From: Candidatus Poribacteria bacterium | GTDB taxonomy: Bacteria; Poribacteria; WGA-4E; JAJDTR01 | Assembly (NCBI GenBank): GCA_965222225.1 | Contig: CBDCTK010000002.1 | Location: forward strand, 256,001 to 320,000 | Length of the DNA: 64,000 nucleotides | Direction of reading: 5' to 3' | Part shown: piece after piece, positions 47,635 to 57,659 of the stretch | How positions within the stretch are numbered: the stretch's first letter is position 1 | Layout of the letters: every line of letters starts with the position of its first letter | Translations under genes and position numbers: made by a program | The notes under the pieces: model-generated | The model's input: the letters and a program-made list of their open reading frames with translations, nothing else | Told to the model about the DNA's origin: nothing | Databases searched by the model: none

Positions 47635-50600
47635 TTAAATCTTTATCTGTTCCACACCGATTGTTGCAGCTTCCCCATTAACCTTCTGTGATTTCACAAA
47701 AGAGGATTCACCGGACGAATCTGCAACGTGCTTCGTCAGCGTTTCGCGAGTGATATAATCCCGGTGAGCGTTGAAGGCTTCATGGACGATCGGTGTTGAT
47801 TTCAGACTCAGCGAAATCCGATCAGAGATGTTGAAATCTGCTTCCTTGCGCATCTGTTGGATTTTGTTGACCAACTCTCGTGCGAAGCCTTCAAGCGTTA
47901 GTTCATGGGTCAACTCTGTCGAAAGTGCGACGAATTTCTGCGCGTCCGCCTCGACCATGTACCCCTCGCGAGGCTGAGAACGTACCTCAACGTCTTCTTT
48001 CTCCAATGTATATGTCACGCCATTTGCCTCGATTTGCAGCTCGTCGGTTGCGTCAAGTTCATTCTTGAGCGCGAATGCGTCCGTGCCTCTTACGGCTTTT
48101 GCGATCGCCTGAACGGCTTTCCCGTATTTCGGACCAAGTTGCTTGAAATTCGGGTTCACTGTATAGGTTGCGTATTCGCCGATTTGGTCGCTGAAGTCGA
48201 TTGTCTTGACGTTCAATTCATCAAGAATGAGCTCCGACAATCGCTCCACAGCGGATATTTGCTCGTCCGACAAACCGCCAATCGCGATCGATCCGAGCGG
48301 TTGGCGGGTCTTAATCGCCGAGTGATTGCGAGCTGCGCGCCCTAGGACAATAAGATCGCGCACTAGTGCCATATCGTCTTCTAGTTGTTCGTCGATCAAT
48401 GTGTTGTCGGCAACCGGATAATCGGAAAGATGAACGCTTTCGGGTGCATCGGAATCGACTGAACCCACTAGATTGCAATATATTTCCTCCGTGGCGAAGG
48501 GAATGAACGGTGCGAGTAGACGGCTGTAAGTCACCATGACGTGATACAGTGTCAAGTAGGCGGATTCCTTGTCCGCATCGGCTTCCGACTTCCAGAAGCG
48601 GCGTCGACTGCGCCGCAGATACCAATTCGACAGATCGTCCAGAAAAACCTCAACGGCGCGGCAGGCGCCATCCGGTTCATATCGCTCCAGTCGATTGGTG
48701 ACTTCTATGATAGTGGCTTGAAGCCGCGATACCAGCCAGCGATCCAAAAGATTGTCAGGTGTGCCAAATTTAACAACAGAATCTGCTGTCGGCTGCCAAC
48801 CATCGACATTAGCGTAAGTAACAAGAAAGCTATACACATTCCACAACGGGATAAGAAACTGGCGTCGAACTTCATCGGCGTTGTTGAATCCAAACGCCAA
48901 GTTCTGCTCCGGGTTAGCAATGCAATACAGCCAGCGCATAACATCCACGCCCATTTTTTCGGCGGCATCGTCAAACCAGATCGCGTTTCCCCAAGACTTG
49001 TGCATCTCGCGTCCGTCCTCTGCGAACAGGGTCGCGTAGCTAAAATTGTGCTTGAAGGGCGCGTGCCCCTCCATCACTGTACTCATAGCGATGAGCGAAT
49101 AGAACCAGTTCCGAAACTGTCCGGGGAAGCTTTCGCTAATCAGATCGGCGGGGAACCACCGTTGCCAGTAGTCGCGGTCGGTGCGGTACTGCATCGTACT
49201 GAAACTAACGCTTCCGGCATCCAACCATGGGTTTCCAACATCCGGGATGCGCGAGACCGTGGAACCGCAATTTGTGCAAGCAATCTTTACCGCGTCGATC
49301 CAGGGTCGGTGTGGTGTGTGTCCCTCGAATTCATCCCAACCTTCGACCGCGCGTTCCTTGAGTTCCTCCGCACTTCCGATTACATCGAAGTGACCGCATT
49401 CCACGCATTCGTAGATTGGGAGCGCCAACCCCCAGTATCGTTTCTTGGAGATCATCCAATCATGCATGTTGCGCAACCAATCCAGTTCGCGGGCGAGGCC
49501 GAAATCCGGATACCATTTGGTTTCATTGAGAACAACCTCCATCATCTGGTAACGTACATTCTGTTCCTTCTCCTCGTCGGTGACCTGTTCGTAAGGTTTG
49601 TCTAGTTGCTCCCCCATCGAAATGTACCACTCATCCACGAGACGGAACACCAACTCATCCTCGCAGCGCCAGCACACCGGGTAGCGATGGGTATAGTCTT
49701 CGAGCCGATAGACGATGCCTTTCTGTTTGAGGTTCTCAAAGATTTCCCCCGCTACGGTGTGAACTTGACGGGCTGTCAACCAGTCAAACCCATCATTATA
49801 AATTCCTCCGGGGCCCAGAGGCGCGATAACGACGAGATCGTGTTGCTTGCTCAACTCAAAGTCTTCCGCGCCGCAGCCGGGTGCAATGTGGACGATGCCC
49901 GTTCCTTCGGCTTCACCCACCTCGTTCCACAAGATAACACGATGCTGTGCCGCTGCTCCCGAAGTTTCTTGCGCGGGCAATTCGTCAAATGGTCCGTCAT
50001 AAGCCCAGCCCTCCAAAGCTGCGCCCTGTTTTTCGGCGATGACCCGATACGATCCGCGGATAGCGTTTTCCACTGCACCCTCGCTCAACCAGAAACGCTG
50101 ATTGTCCTGTTCGACGAGAAGATAGGTCAAATCCCGATGCACCGCCGCCGCGACATTGCTAGTTAACGTCCATGGGGTTGTCGTCCAAACCAGCAGACTT
50201 TCACCGGGGCGGTCGCGCAAGGGGAAGCGAAGAAAGATACTGGTATGTGTCAAGTCGCGGTAGCCATCGGTGGCGATTTCGTGTTGGCTAATTCCGGTAT
50301 CACAACGCGAACACCACGGCATGACGTCGGTGCCTTTGTAAATCCAACCGCGTTCGAAACATCTCTTCAGGATTGTCCAAATTGTATAATTGTTTTCGTT
50401 TGAAAAGGTGAAATAAGAACCACCTAACTCCGGTAGTCCGAGCCTCCCGACAATCTGTTCAACTGTGTCTGTTACGGGACCTTGCGGCCCTTCCACGGTG
50501 ATTACCTGTGAGGGATCTATCGCCATTTTGGATTCGAGTTCACGTAGCAATTCCGGATCGTTCCAATCCATCCAGTATCCCAATCGAATCGATTGCTCGG

Positions 50601-50994
50601 TTTGCGTAGCCGCGTGCCGGAGCACCTGTCGTTTGCAGGCATTCACGAATTTCGCCAACCCGTAGGTTTCGATGTCCTTTTTGGATTTGAATCCCATGTC
50701 GCGCTCGACATTGACCTCGATCCACAATCCTTGGCAATCAAACCCGTTCTGATACCTTGATTGGTAACCCTGCATCGCCTTGAAACGATGAAACAAATCT
50801 TTGTACGTTCGTCCCCACGCGTGATGGACACCCATCGGGTTATTGGCAGTAATTGGACCATCGATAAAACTCCAACGCGGCGCATTGCGCCGTGCTGTTT
50901 TTAGTCGATCAAAAACCTTACTATCACGCCAAAAGTCTAAGATTTCGTGCTCTTGCGCAATGAAATTGACGGAATTGGGTACATCTTTGAACAT
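47635..50994 (-). CDS. ileS: Isoleucyl-tRNA synthetase, type 2
   Basis: FIDGPITANN, GFDCQGL, WTTTPWTL, GTGIVHIAPG, DWMISKKRYWG and QQMRK motifs; signature motifs GVHH and EMHKS; RBS GAGGAG before ATG 50994. Confidence 0.96.
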   Translation of the reverse strand: MFKDVPNSVNFIAQEHEILDFWRDSKVFDRLKTARRNAPRWSFIDGPITANNPMGVHHAWGRTYKDLFHRFKAMQGYQSRYQNGFDCQGLWIEVNVERDMGFKSKKDIETYGLAKFVNACKRQVLRHAATQTEQSIRLGYWMDWNDPELLRELESKMAIDPSQVITVEGPQGPVTDTVEQIVGRLGLPELGGSYFTFSNENNYTIWTILKRCFERGWIYKGTDVMPWCSRCDTGISQHEIATDGYRDLTHTSIFLRFPLRDRPGESLLVWTTTPWTLTSNVAAAVHRDLTYLLVEQDNQRFWLSEGAVENAIRGSYRVIAEKQGAALEGWAYDGPFDELPAQETSGAAAQHRVILWNEVGEAEGTGIVHIAPGCGAEDFELSKQHDLVVIAPLGPGGIYNDGFDWLTARQVHTVAGEIFENLKQKGIVYRLEDYTHRYPVCWRCEDELVFRLVDEWYISMGEQLDKPYEQVTDEEKEQNVRYQMMEVVLNETKWYPDFGLARELDWLRNMHDWMISKKRYWGLALPIYECVECGHFDVIGSAEELKERAVEGWDEFEGHTPHRPWIDAVKIACTNCGSTVSRIPDVGNPWLDAGSVSFSTMQYRTDRDYWQRWFPADLISESFPGQFRNWFYSLIAMSTVMEGHAPFKHNFSYATLFAEDGREMHKSWGNAIWFDDAAEKMGVDVMRWLYCIANPEQNLAFGFNNADEVRRQFLIPLWNVYSFLVTYANVDGWQPTADSVVKFGTPDNLLDRWLVSRLQATIIEVTNRLERYEPDGACRAVEVFLDDLSNWYLRRSRRRFWKSEADADKESAYLTLYHVMVTYSRLLAPFIPFATEEIYCNLVGSVDSDAPESVHLSDYPVADNTLIDEQLEDDMALVRDLIVLGRAARNHSAIKTRQPLGSIAIGGLSDEQISAVERLSELILDELNVKTIDFSDQIGEYATYTVNPNFKQLGPKYGKAVQAIAKAVRGTDAFALKNELDATDELQIEANGVTYTLEKEDVEVRSQPREGYMVEADAQKFVALSTELTHELTLEGFARELVNKIQQMRKEADFNISDRISLSLKSTPIVHEAFNAHRDYITRETLTKHVADSSGESSFVKSQKVNGEAATIGVEQIKI

Positions 50995-51040
50995 CCTTTT
51001 CTCCTCGGTATGTTGCATGACCTAAAACCGGTTTTCTAAC

Positions 51041-51076
51041 AAAAAAACCCACCACCGAATCTGTTTCGATGATGGG
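51041..51076 (-). terminator. Attenuator terminator in the ileS leader
   Basis: RNA CCCAUCAUCGAA-ACAGA-UUCGGUGGUGGG-UUUUUUU; the two G-U pairs form only on the minus strand. Confidence 0.88.
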
Positions 51077-51126
51077 CATTGGTATTTTATGATGACAATG
51101 GAATCAGGTTTATAGCTTGTTCATCA

Positions 51127-51137
51127 GCCCACCATCG
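51127..51137 (-). promoter_or_regulatory. Antiterminator strand of the ileS attenuator
   Basis: CGAUGGUGGGC can form 11 pairs with GCCCAUCAUCG (51067-51077), the 5' arm of the terminator. Confidence 0.8.
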
Positions 51138-51139
51138 TG

Positions 51140-51241
51140 CTACGGTATAATGATAATCAAGCTAGCAAACCCAATGGAAGTAAGCATGCTCCGACTATCA
51201 TCCGTGTCGATTAAGGTGGTGTTTGATGACACTTCTGTCAC
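51140..51241 (-). CDS. ileS leader peptide with four consecutive Ile codons
   Basis: GTG 51241 gives MTEVSSNTTLIDTDDSRSMLTSIGFASLIIIIP*; alternative ATG 51187 gives MLTSIGFASLIIIIP*; Ile codons are ATT ATC ATT ATA. Confidence 0.8.
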   Translation of the reverse strand: MTEVSSNTTLIDTDDSRSMLTSIGFASLIIIIP

Positions 51242-51570
51242 GATGGAGATGTTCCTTTTTGCTTTATCGGGCTAGTGGTTATTAAGAGAATGTCTCGTTC
51301 TATCGAGTTGGCGATGTCTGAAGCTAGAACGTTGATGATTAAGCTAACCGATGCAAGGTAAATCCACTCACCGCCTAGAACCATCTCCGATTACCGTTAT
51401 TTTTCCCAATGCGTTTTAATCTGGCAGTAAGCAACGCAGTTTTCAGTCGTTTTGTGTGTCAAATCGTTGTAGAATAGGTGGTGGCGATCCATGCATGGCA
51501 CACCACAACGGTAGTAGCGACTATCTGGAACTACCGAAAGCCGCTACCAAGCGAACACGAGAGCTAAAAC

Positions 51571-52008
51571 CTAGCCCAAACTCGCGTGGAATTCATACCA
51601 ATCGTCAAGGTTGTTAAGATTAACGGCGTCAAGGATAGAGCCGTCATCATCAATACCGGAAGCTCCAAGGATCGAGCCACGAGTTTCATCATCATGGTTG
51701 TAACCAGCGGTTGCCGCGTTCAGTTCATCAACTGCCGATTGATCAAGACTCCCGCCCTTTTTGTCGAGAACCCATTGCTCAAACTCGGGGTAGGTGGGCG
51801 AATTATCACTAATATATGCCAGCGTTTCGTCTTTATCAAGACCTAAGCCGTCAAGAACCATCTGATCGAACCCTGCGCCGCAAGCGGGGTAATCATCATT
51901 CAGTACGCCCTTGGAATCCATAAGCACTTTTGACCAGAATCTCGGAAGATGACGCACTCCAAGCGGACCGGCAACACCCGAACTGATTGTGGGGATCAAC
52001 TTAGCCAT
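51571..52008 (-). CDS. DUF5069-like conserved protein
   Basis: GPLGVRHLPRFWSK, FDQMVL and final LDDW motifs; strong RBS AAGGAG. Confidence 0.6.
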   Translation of the reverse strand: MAKLIPTISSGVAGPLGVRHLPRFWSKVLMDSKGVLNDDYPACGAGFDQMVLDGLGLDKDETLAYISDNSPTYPEFEQWVLDKKGGSLDQSAVDELNAATAGYNHDDETRGSILGASGIDDDGSILDAVNLNNLDDWYEFHASLG

Positions 52009-52239
52009 TTTCTTTTCTCCTTATCGTTTTCGTTTAAATCAATGGTAATGCAAATCCAGAGGTTCTGCATTTCTGTAAGATGATCTATTATACCACAGAT
52101 TCGGAGAGCTGAAAAGAAAAAAGAAGCCTGTTTTGGGCGATTGAATGCCGTAAGAGTTTGTGTGGTGACCGACACAGTTGAACGCGCAAAGCCTCGTATT
52201 GTAAAGTTTATTCTCTAAACTCCCTTAGGATGAAACATC

Positions 52240-52467
52240 ATGATTTGGTTGATTCTAGGCTGCGTTGTATTGGCCATGATTGGCGCAGGCACACTCATCT
52301 CGCGATTAGCGGGAATCTCTGAGAAGGATCGCGGCAAGAAGTCGTGGATCTGGGGTGTGCCCATCATAATTACACTAATCATCGTACCGCTGTTGTTGCT
52401 AGGCATAATCGTCAAATTTCTCCATTATGCAGAACTTCAAACAGTCTTTGATTCCTTCCGGCGATAG
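52240..52467 (+). CDS. Small two-TM membrane protein
   Basis: 75 aa with two hydrophobic helices separated by a basic loop. Confidence 0.55.
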   Translation: MIWLILGCVVLAMIGAGTLISRLAGISEKDRGKKSWIWGVPIIITLIIVPLLLLGIIVKFLHYAELQTVFDSFRR

Positions 52468-52496
52468 TTGTTTTGCTAGTTAGATTCTACTCCTTG

Positions 52497-53216
52497 TCAA
52501 TCTCCCGGATGGGTTTCGTCTGCTGCTAATGTTCTGTGCTTTTTGCCTCCACCAGCAACGTACAGAAAGAAGATTGTTCCGGCGATTGCGAGGAGTATCC
52601 ACAAAACCCCCCAGAAGAGCGTTGGAATGTTAGTCATCTCCGCGAGCATTCGCGCATCTGATCGTAGATGCGCACGATCCAGAATGTCGCTCTTGATATC
52701 AAGAATAGCGTAGAGGCAGCTCGTTACACCAATAACTTGAAGGATCCAACGGTTTACCGAGCTATTCAGGAATTTTCCGCTTATGACGAGCACCGCGCCG
52801 AACCCGATGCCAAACACAAGACCGAATAGATTACGTAGATACAGTACCGAGACAGCAATCATCCCAATGCCTATAACGACGCTTAAGGTTTTGTCCAGTC
52901 GGGCTCGTACGGCGAGGAGAAGAATCAACCCGCCCCAAATCAAGCTACCAAGATAGCCGGCGGTCAGTGTCCAGAAAGGCGATCCGCCCCTAGTGATTGC
53001 GTGTCCGCCCTCTTGGGAAACGACAACGATTTCTTCAATTTGACCGCCCGTAGCCATTGCCGCGACGCCGTGGCTGATTTCGTGCATAAACACGACAAAT
53101 ATCTTCAAAGGATACACAACGGGTGTGTTCCACAACAGAGTGACAGCGACGAATATCAGGATTATTCCGCCGTTTAGCCTTCTGAAGAATTCTTTAATCA
53201 CATCAGTTTCCTCCAA
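52497..53216 (-). CDS. M50B-like membrane metallopeptidase
   Basis: HEISH (HExxH), AGYLG and SDARML motifs; multiple TM helices. Confidence 0.88.
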   Translation of the reverse strand: MEETDVIKEFFRRLNGGIILIFVAVTLLWNTPVVYPLKIFVVFMHEISHGVAAMATGGQIEEIVVVSQEGGHAITRGGSPFWTLTAGYLGSLIWGGLILLLAVRARLDKTLSVVIGIGMIAVSVLYLRNLFGLVFGIGFGAVLVISGKFLNSSVNRWILQVIGVTSCLYAILDIKSDILDRAHLRSDARMLAEMTNIPTLFWGVLWILLAIAGTIFFLYVAGGGKKHRTLAADETHPGD

Positions 53217-53389
53217 TCCTTTGGATAACTCGTTGCCCGAATCACTCCGTGATTAGACACATTTTCCGTTGATATTGCACCGCCGATATGCTATAGTTGC
53301 ATTTGGGTTGTTTCTGTATGGTAATACCATTTTGTGCGGCTTGTCAAGAGGATTTCGGCACAGTTCTTTTCAAGTCTCGGGGTTAGGGA

Positions 53390-54481
53390 ATGAACACATT
53401 TGGCCATCTCTTTCGCATCACGACATGGGGCGAATCCCACGGCAACGCCATCGGTGTTGTGGTAGATGGCTGTCCACCCTTATTGAGAATCGACACGGAG
53501 GCGATCCAGTTTGAATTGGATCGGCGCCGTCCTGGCCAGAGCAGTCTCACGACTCCCCGGCAGGAGGAAGACCAAGTCGAAATTCTCTCGGGTGTTTTCG
53601 AGGGAAAAACACTCGGTACCCCGATATCCATGTTGGTGAAGAACAAAGATGCGAAACCTTCCGCGTATAACCATCTGAAAGACATTTATCGGCCCTCGCA
53701 CGCCGATTTTACGTATAAGCAGAAATATGGCATTTACAACTGGCAGGGCGGTGGACGTGCCAGCGCACGGGAGACCATTGGACGGGTCGCCGCAGGCGCA
53801 ATTGCCAAGCAGATTTTACGAGAAACCTGCGGCACGGAGATTCTCGCTTACATCAAGCAAATTCACACAATAGAGGCTGAAGTTGATTCGGAGACAATCA
53901 CACTAGATGAGATTGAATCGAGTCCCGTACGATGCCCTGACCGTATCGCAAGCAAAAAGATGGCAGCCTGTATCGATCAGGCGCGGCGAGACGGGGACTC
54001 GCTTGGCGGCATAATCGAGTCCGTTTCCCGCGATGTTCCGACGGGACTTGGCGAACCGGTGTTCGACAAACTGAAAGCGGATCTTGCCAAAGCGATGATG
54101 TCTCTCCCCGCAACGATGGGCTTTCAAATTGGCTCAGGGTTTGGTGGGGTCACGTCGACCGGATCGTCCCACAACGACCCGTTCTACAGCGATCACGGCA
54201 GAATCCGCACACGGACGAACAATTCGGGCGGAACTCAAGGCGGCATCTCAAACGGTGAGAATATTCTGTTCCAGGTGGCATTCAAGCCGACAGCGACAAT
54301 TCGTAAGGAGCAGGAAACGGTTGATGCCCAAGGCAATTCGGTAACCCTGTCCGCCCATGGCAGGCATGACCCGTGCGTTCTGCCCCGTGCACCGGCTATC
54401 GTCGAGGCAATGACGGCACTAGTGTTGGTTGACCACTTCCTGCGTCAAAACGCGAAAAAATTGGACGAGATTCAGACTTGA
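53390..54481 (+). CDS. aroC: Chorismate synthase
   Basis: [30 protein letters not shown] and GRHDPCV motifs. Confidence 0.98.
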   Translation: MNTFGHLFRITTWGESHGNAIGVVVDGCPPLLRIDTEAIQFELDRRRPGQSSLTTPRQEEDQVEILSGVFEGKTLGTPISMLVKNKDAKPSAYNHLKDIYRPSHADFTYKQKYGIYNWQGGGRASARETIGRVAAGAIAKQILRETCGTEILAYIKQIHTIEAEVDSETITLDEIESSPVRCPDRIASKKMAACIDQARRDGDSLGGIIESVSRDVPTGLGEPVFDKLKADLAKAMMSLPATMGFQIGSGFGGVTSTGSSHNDPFYSDHGRIRTRTNNSGGTQGGISNGENILFQVAFKPTATIRKEQETVDAQGNSVTLSAHGRHDPCVLPRAPAIVEAMTALVLVDHFLRQNAKKLDEIQT

Positions 54482-54656
54482 TGAAGTCCCAGTATGTGTT
54501 CAAATATGCGCAACATCACGGTAACCAATCTACATGTCGTGATGTGTAGCAAGAGAGTTCCTAGGCATTCCACGCAAGTGCGCAATTCAGATTGGGTTTT
54601 CGACTCTTATGGTGACACACCGTCGCCGATTCTCATGAATTGATGGTCAAGGATTA

Positions 54657-55625
54657 ATGCAGCCGAAACAACATAATCACAATCTCGTTATTGATGTCGG
54701 CACAAATTCTGTGCATATGCTCGTCTGTGATGTAGGGACTAACGGACAAAAACCTAAGGTTGTCTTTGACGATCGAAGAATCACGCGGCTGGGACATGGA
54801 TTGATGCTGACAAATGAACTCCAAGAGGAAGCGATGGCGCGTACCTGCGCCACCATTCGCGAATTCGCCGTACAAGCGGGACGGTTAGGGGTTGAACAGG
54901 TGGTCGCTGTTGGTACGAGTGCTCTCCGCGAAGCGAGAAATGCCGCCGAGTTTGTGAAGCGCGTCGTGGATCGATGTGACATCGAAATCGAAATTATATC
55001 GGGAGAAACCGAAGCTCGATGTGCTTTCTTGTCAATTCGATTAGACGAGTATTTTAGACATCTCAACGGCGACCACATCATGGTGGTGGATATCGGTGGC
55101 GGGAGTACGGAGATTATAGTGGGCAGACGGAAGATTGACAACTTCGTGAGTGTGAACCTCGGTGCTGTTTATCTAACGGAGACCTTTCTCGCAAGCGACC
55201 CACCAACTGTTGAAGAATTGGGGATGCTGTATTCCTTCCTTGAGGAGACTTGGTCAACGCAGCCGATTGCTACTGCGAAGTTTCATTCGGCACCGGTGCT
55301 GACAGGAATTGGAGGAACAATCGTAAACCTTGTAGGCATAAAACTTGGCTTGAATCACTTTAATCCGCGGCTGCTCCATGGGCAGATGCTGTACATTTCG
55401 GAAATTGAAAATCAGATTCGCCAATTGTGTTCCGTTCCCTTGGAGGAACGCAAGCAGATTCCCGGATTGGAAGTCAAGCGTGCGGACATTATCACTGCAG
55501 GCGCGGCTGTTCTTCGGAGCATTCTAAAGCATTTTGGCGCCTCACGAATTCGTGTCAGCACGCATGGCTTGCGCTACGGCATAATGTACGATCGGTTTGT
55601 CTCGCAAAGCGATGGTAGTATTTAG
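54657..55625 (+). CDS. ppx: Ppx/GppA family phosphatase (short form)
   Basis: IDVGTNS, TSALREARN, ISGETEA, DIGGGSTE, RADII and GLRYG motifs. Confidence 0.9.
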   Translation: MQPKQHNHNLVIDVGTNSVHMLVCDVGTNGQKPKVVFDDRRITRLGHGLMLTNELQEEAMARTCATIREFAVQAGRLGVEQVVAVGTSALREARNAAEFVKRVVDRCDIEIEIISGETEARCAFLSIRLDEYFRHLNGDHIMVVDIGGGSTEIIVGRRKIDNFVSVNLGAVYLTETFLASDPPTVEELGMLYSFLEETWSTQPIATAKFHSAPVLTGIGGTIVNLVGIKLGLNHFNPRLLHGQMLYISEIENQIRQLCSVPLEERKQIPGLEVKRADIITAGAAVLRSILKHFGASRIRVSTHGLRYGIMYDRFVSQSDGSI

Positions 55626-55661
55626 CGGGTCGGTTTGTCAAGAAGGAACTCTGTGGAGATT

Positions 55662-56675
55662 ATGGATTCGGCAATATCCTTGGGGCTTGAGAAACTTGGA
55701 CAGGAAGATTACGTTGTCGGCGTGGATATGGGTGGTACGAAGATTCTCGCCGCGGTCATCGGTTCAAATGGGCAAATCGTGTCACGGTTTAAGGTGATGA
55801 CCAGAGCGGATAAAAGCGCCGAAGAGGTCATTAATCGAATATCCGATTGTATCTTCCAATCAATTGCACAGGCGAACCTGCAACAATCACAGATTCGGGG
55901 AATTGGCGTCGGTGCTCCTGGAGTGGTCGATTCAAAAACAGGCGTTATTATTTTTGCACCAAACCTTCGTTGGACGAATGTAGCCCTAAAATCTGTTCTT
56001 GAAAATCAGTTCAAAATTCCCGTATCCGTCGACAACGACGTGAATCTGGGGACGCTCGGCGAGCAGACGTTAGGAGCTGGAAGAGGAGTTGATAATCTCG
56101 TCGGCATTTTCATTGGTACTGGCATCGGCGGCGGAATAATTCTAAATGGTAAGCTATTTTATGGAGCCAACTGGACCGCGGGTGAAATCGGGCATGTTAT
56201 CCTAAAACCCGATGGGCCCAAATGCAGTTGCGGAAATCGAGGCTGTCTGGAGGCGCTTGCCAGCCGAACCGCCATCTCACGACATGTTCGGAAAGCCATC
56301 ACTCAGCAAGGAAAAAAAAGCATCCTCCCGGAACTAAACGGCGGTAATCTTGACTTGGTGCGTAGCGGTGCCTTGGCTAAGGCGGTGAAGAGAGGTGACA
56401 GGGTGACGACCAAGGCGATTCAGCGGGCGCAGTATTATCTTGGAATAGGGGTCGCGACAGTTGTCGGATTCGTAAATCCCCAAGTCGTCGTGCTCGGTGG
56501 CGGTCTCATTGAAGCCATGGGCGAGGATTTTGTGAATGGTGTATATAATGTCGCAGCGGAACTCGCTCTTCCCAATGCCATGAACGGTGTAGAAGTTGTA
56601 AGTGCGATGCTCGGAGATGACGCAGGTGTCATCGGAGCCGCGGTGCTTGCCTGCCAAAATCCTGGGTTGGAGTGA
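55662..56675 (+). CDS. ROK family sugar kinase (glucokinase-like)
   Basis: GVDMGGT, DNDVN, GTGIGGG, GEIGH and CSCGNRGCLE motifs. Confidence 0.92.
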   Translation: MDSAISLGLEKLGQEDYVVGVDMGGTKILAAVIGSNGQIVSRFKVMTRADKSAEEVINRISDCIFQSIAQANLQQSQIRGIGVGAPGVVDSKTGVIIFAPNLRWTNVALKSVLENQFKIPVSVDNDVNLGTLGEQTLGAGRGVDNLVGIFIGTGIGGGIILNGKLFYGANWTAGEIGHVILKPDGPKCSCGNRGCLEALASRTAISRHVRKAITQQGKKSILPELNGGNLDLVRSGALAKAVKRGDRVTTKAIQRAQYYLGIGVATVVGFVNPQVVVLGGGLIEAMGEDFVNGVYNVAAELALPNAMNGVEVVSAMLGDDAGVIGAAVLACQNPGLE

Positions 56676-56793
56676 AAGGAACGTTGTCTCATGCTAGCTA
56701 AAGCGATGCCTGTAATCGGACATGCTTGTGGGCACGCAGTAAGTTCATGTTTCGGTTAGTTGATATTAGCAATCACTGATTCAGGAGGAATAA

Positions 56794-57537
56794 ATGAGCC
56801 GTCTTACACAATCTCATCCCTATCCGGGCAAGCTCTTTGTGGTTGAAGGGATTGACGGGTCTGGCAAAAGCACGCAGTTGGACCTGTTACATAAATGGTT
56901 GGTTGCCGAAGGATTCAATGTGTTTTTCACGGAGTGGAACTCTTCGCCGCTTGTCAAGCAGACGAACAAAAAGGGTAAGAAGAAAAACCTTTTGACCCCT
57001 ACGACGTTCAGTGTTCTACATGCGACCGACTTCGCGGATCGATTAGCCAACATGATCGTCCCTCCTCTTCAGGCAGGTATGATTGTCCTGGCGGATCGCT
57101 ATGTATACACCGCTTTTGCGCGAGATGTCGTTCGCGGAGTTCACCCGAACTGGGTCCGCAATCTGTACTCGTTCGCTGTCAAACCGGACATTGCATTCTA
57201 TTTCAAGGTACCCATTGATGTATCAATAAGGCGGGTCACTGTCGGACGTGCAGGTCTCAAGTTCTACGAGGCGGGTATGGATCTCGGGTTGAGTGACGAT
57301 CCCGTCACCAGCTTTAGGTTGTTCCAGGGCAAAGTGATTGATGAATACGATCGATTGACGGAGGAGTTTGGACTGACCGTCATTGACGGGAGCGGCCCAA
57401 TCAACGAGCAACAGGAGAGGCTGCGCGATTTGGTCTGCAATGAGTTAAGAGACTATGCTATCCACCACCGCCCGATGACCATTCCGGAACTACATCGCGG
57501 CACCACGACTGAGGTTACAACGTCATCCGCTCCGTGA
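56794..57537 (+). CDS. Thymidylate kinase-like P-loop kinase A
   Basis: EGIDGSGKSTQ and ADRY motifs; TEWNSS in place of the canonical Tmk REP; FYEAGMD. Confidence 0.85.
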   Translation: MSRLTQSHPYPGKLFVVEGIDGSGKSTQLDLLHKWLVAEGFNVFFTEWNSSPLVKQTNKKGKKKNLLTPTTFSVLHATDFADRLANMIVPPLQAGMIVLADRYVYTAFARDVVRGVHPNWVRNLYSFAVKPDIAFYFKVPIDVSIRRVTVGRAGLKFYEAGMDLGLSDDPVTSFRLFQGKVIDEYDRLTEEFGLTVIDGSGPINEQQERLRDLVCNELRDYAIHHRPMTIPELHRGTTTEVTTSSAP

Positions 57538-57659
57538 ATTAATCCGTGAAACACAGGTAAGACGAGTTTCCCGAATCTGGCTATCAACCTCACATCACAT
57601 AGGGCGGTTATCTATGCAAAATAATTTTCTGCGGCTCGAAATCTTCGGGAGAGGGAAAG

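Noticed and set aside
48541-50166. Long plus-strand ORFs (354 aa and 186 aa)
   Set aside because: They are antisense shadows of ileS with no recognisable motifs.
51020-51400. T-box riboswitch for ileS
   Set aside because: No T-box consensus in the proper context on the minus strand; the leader-peptide model explains the hairpins.
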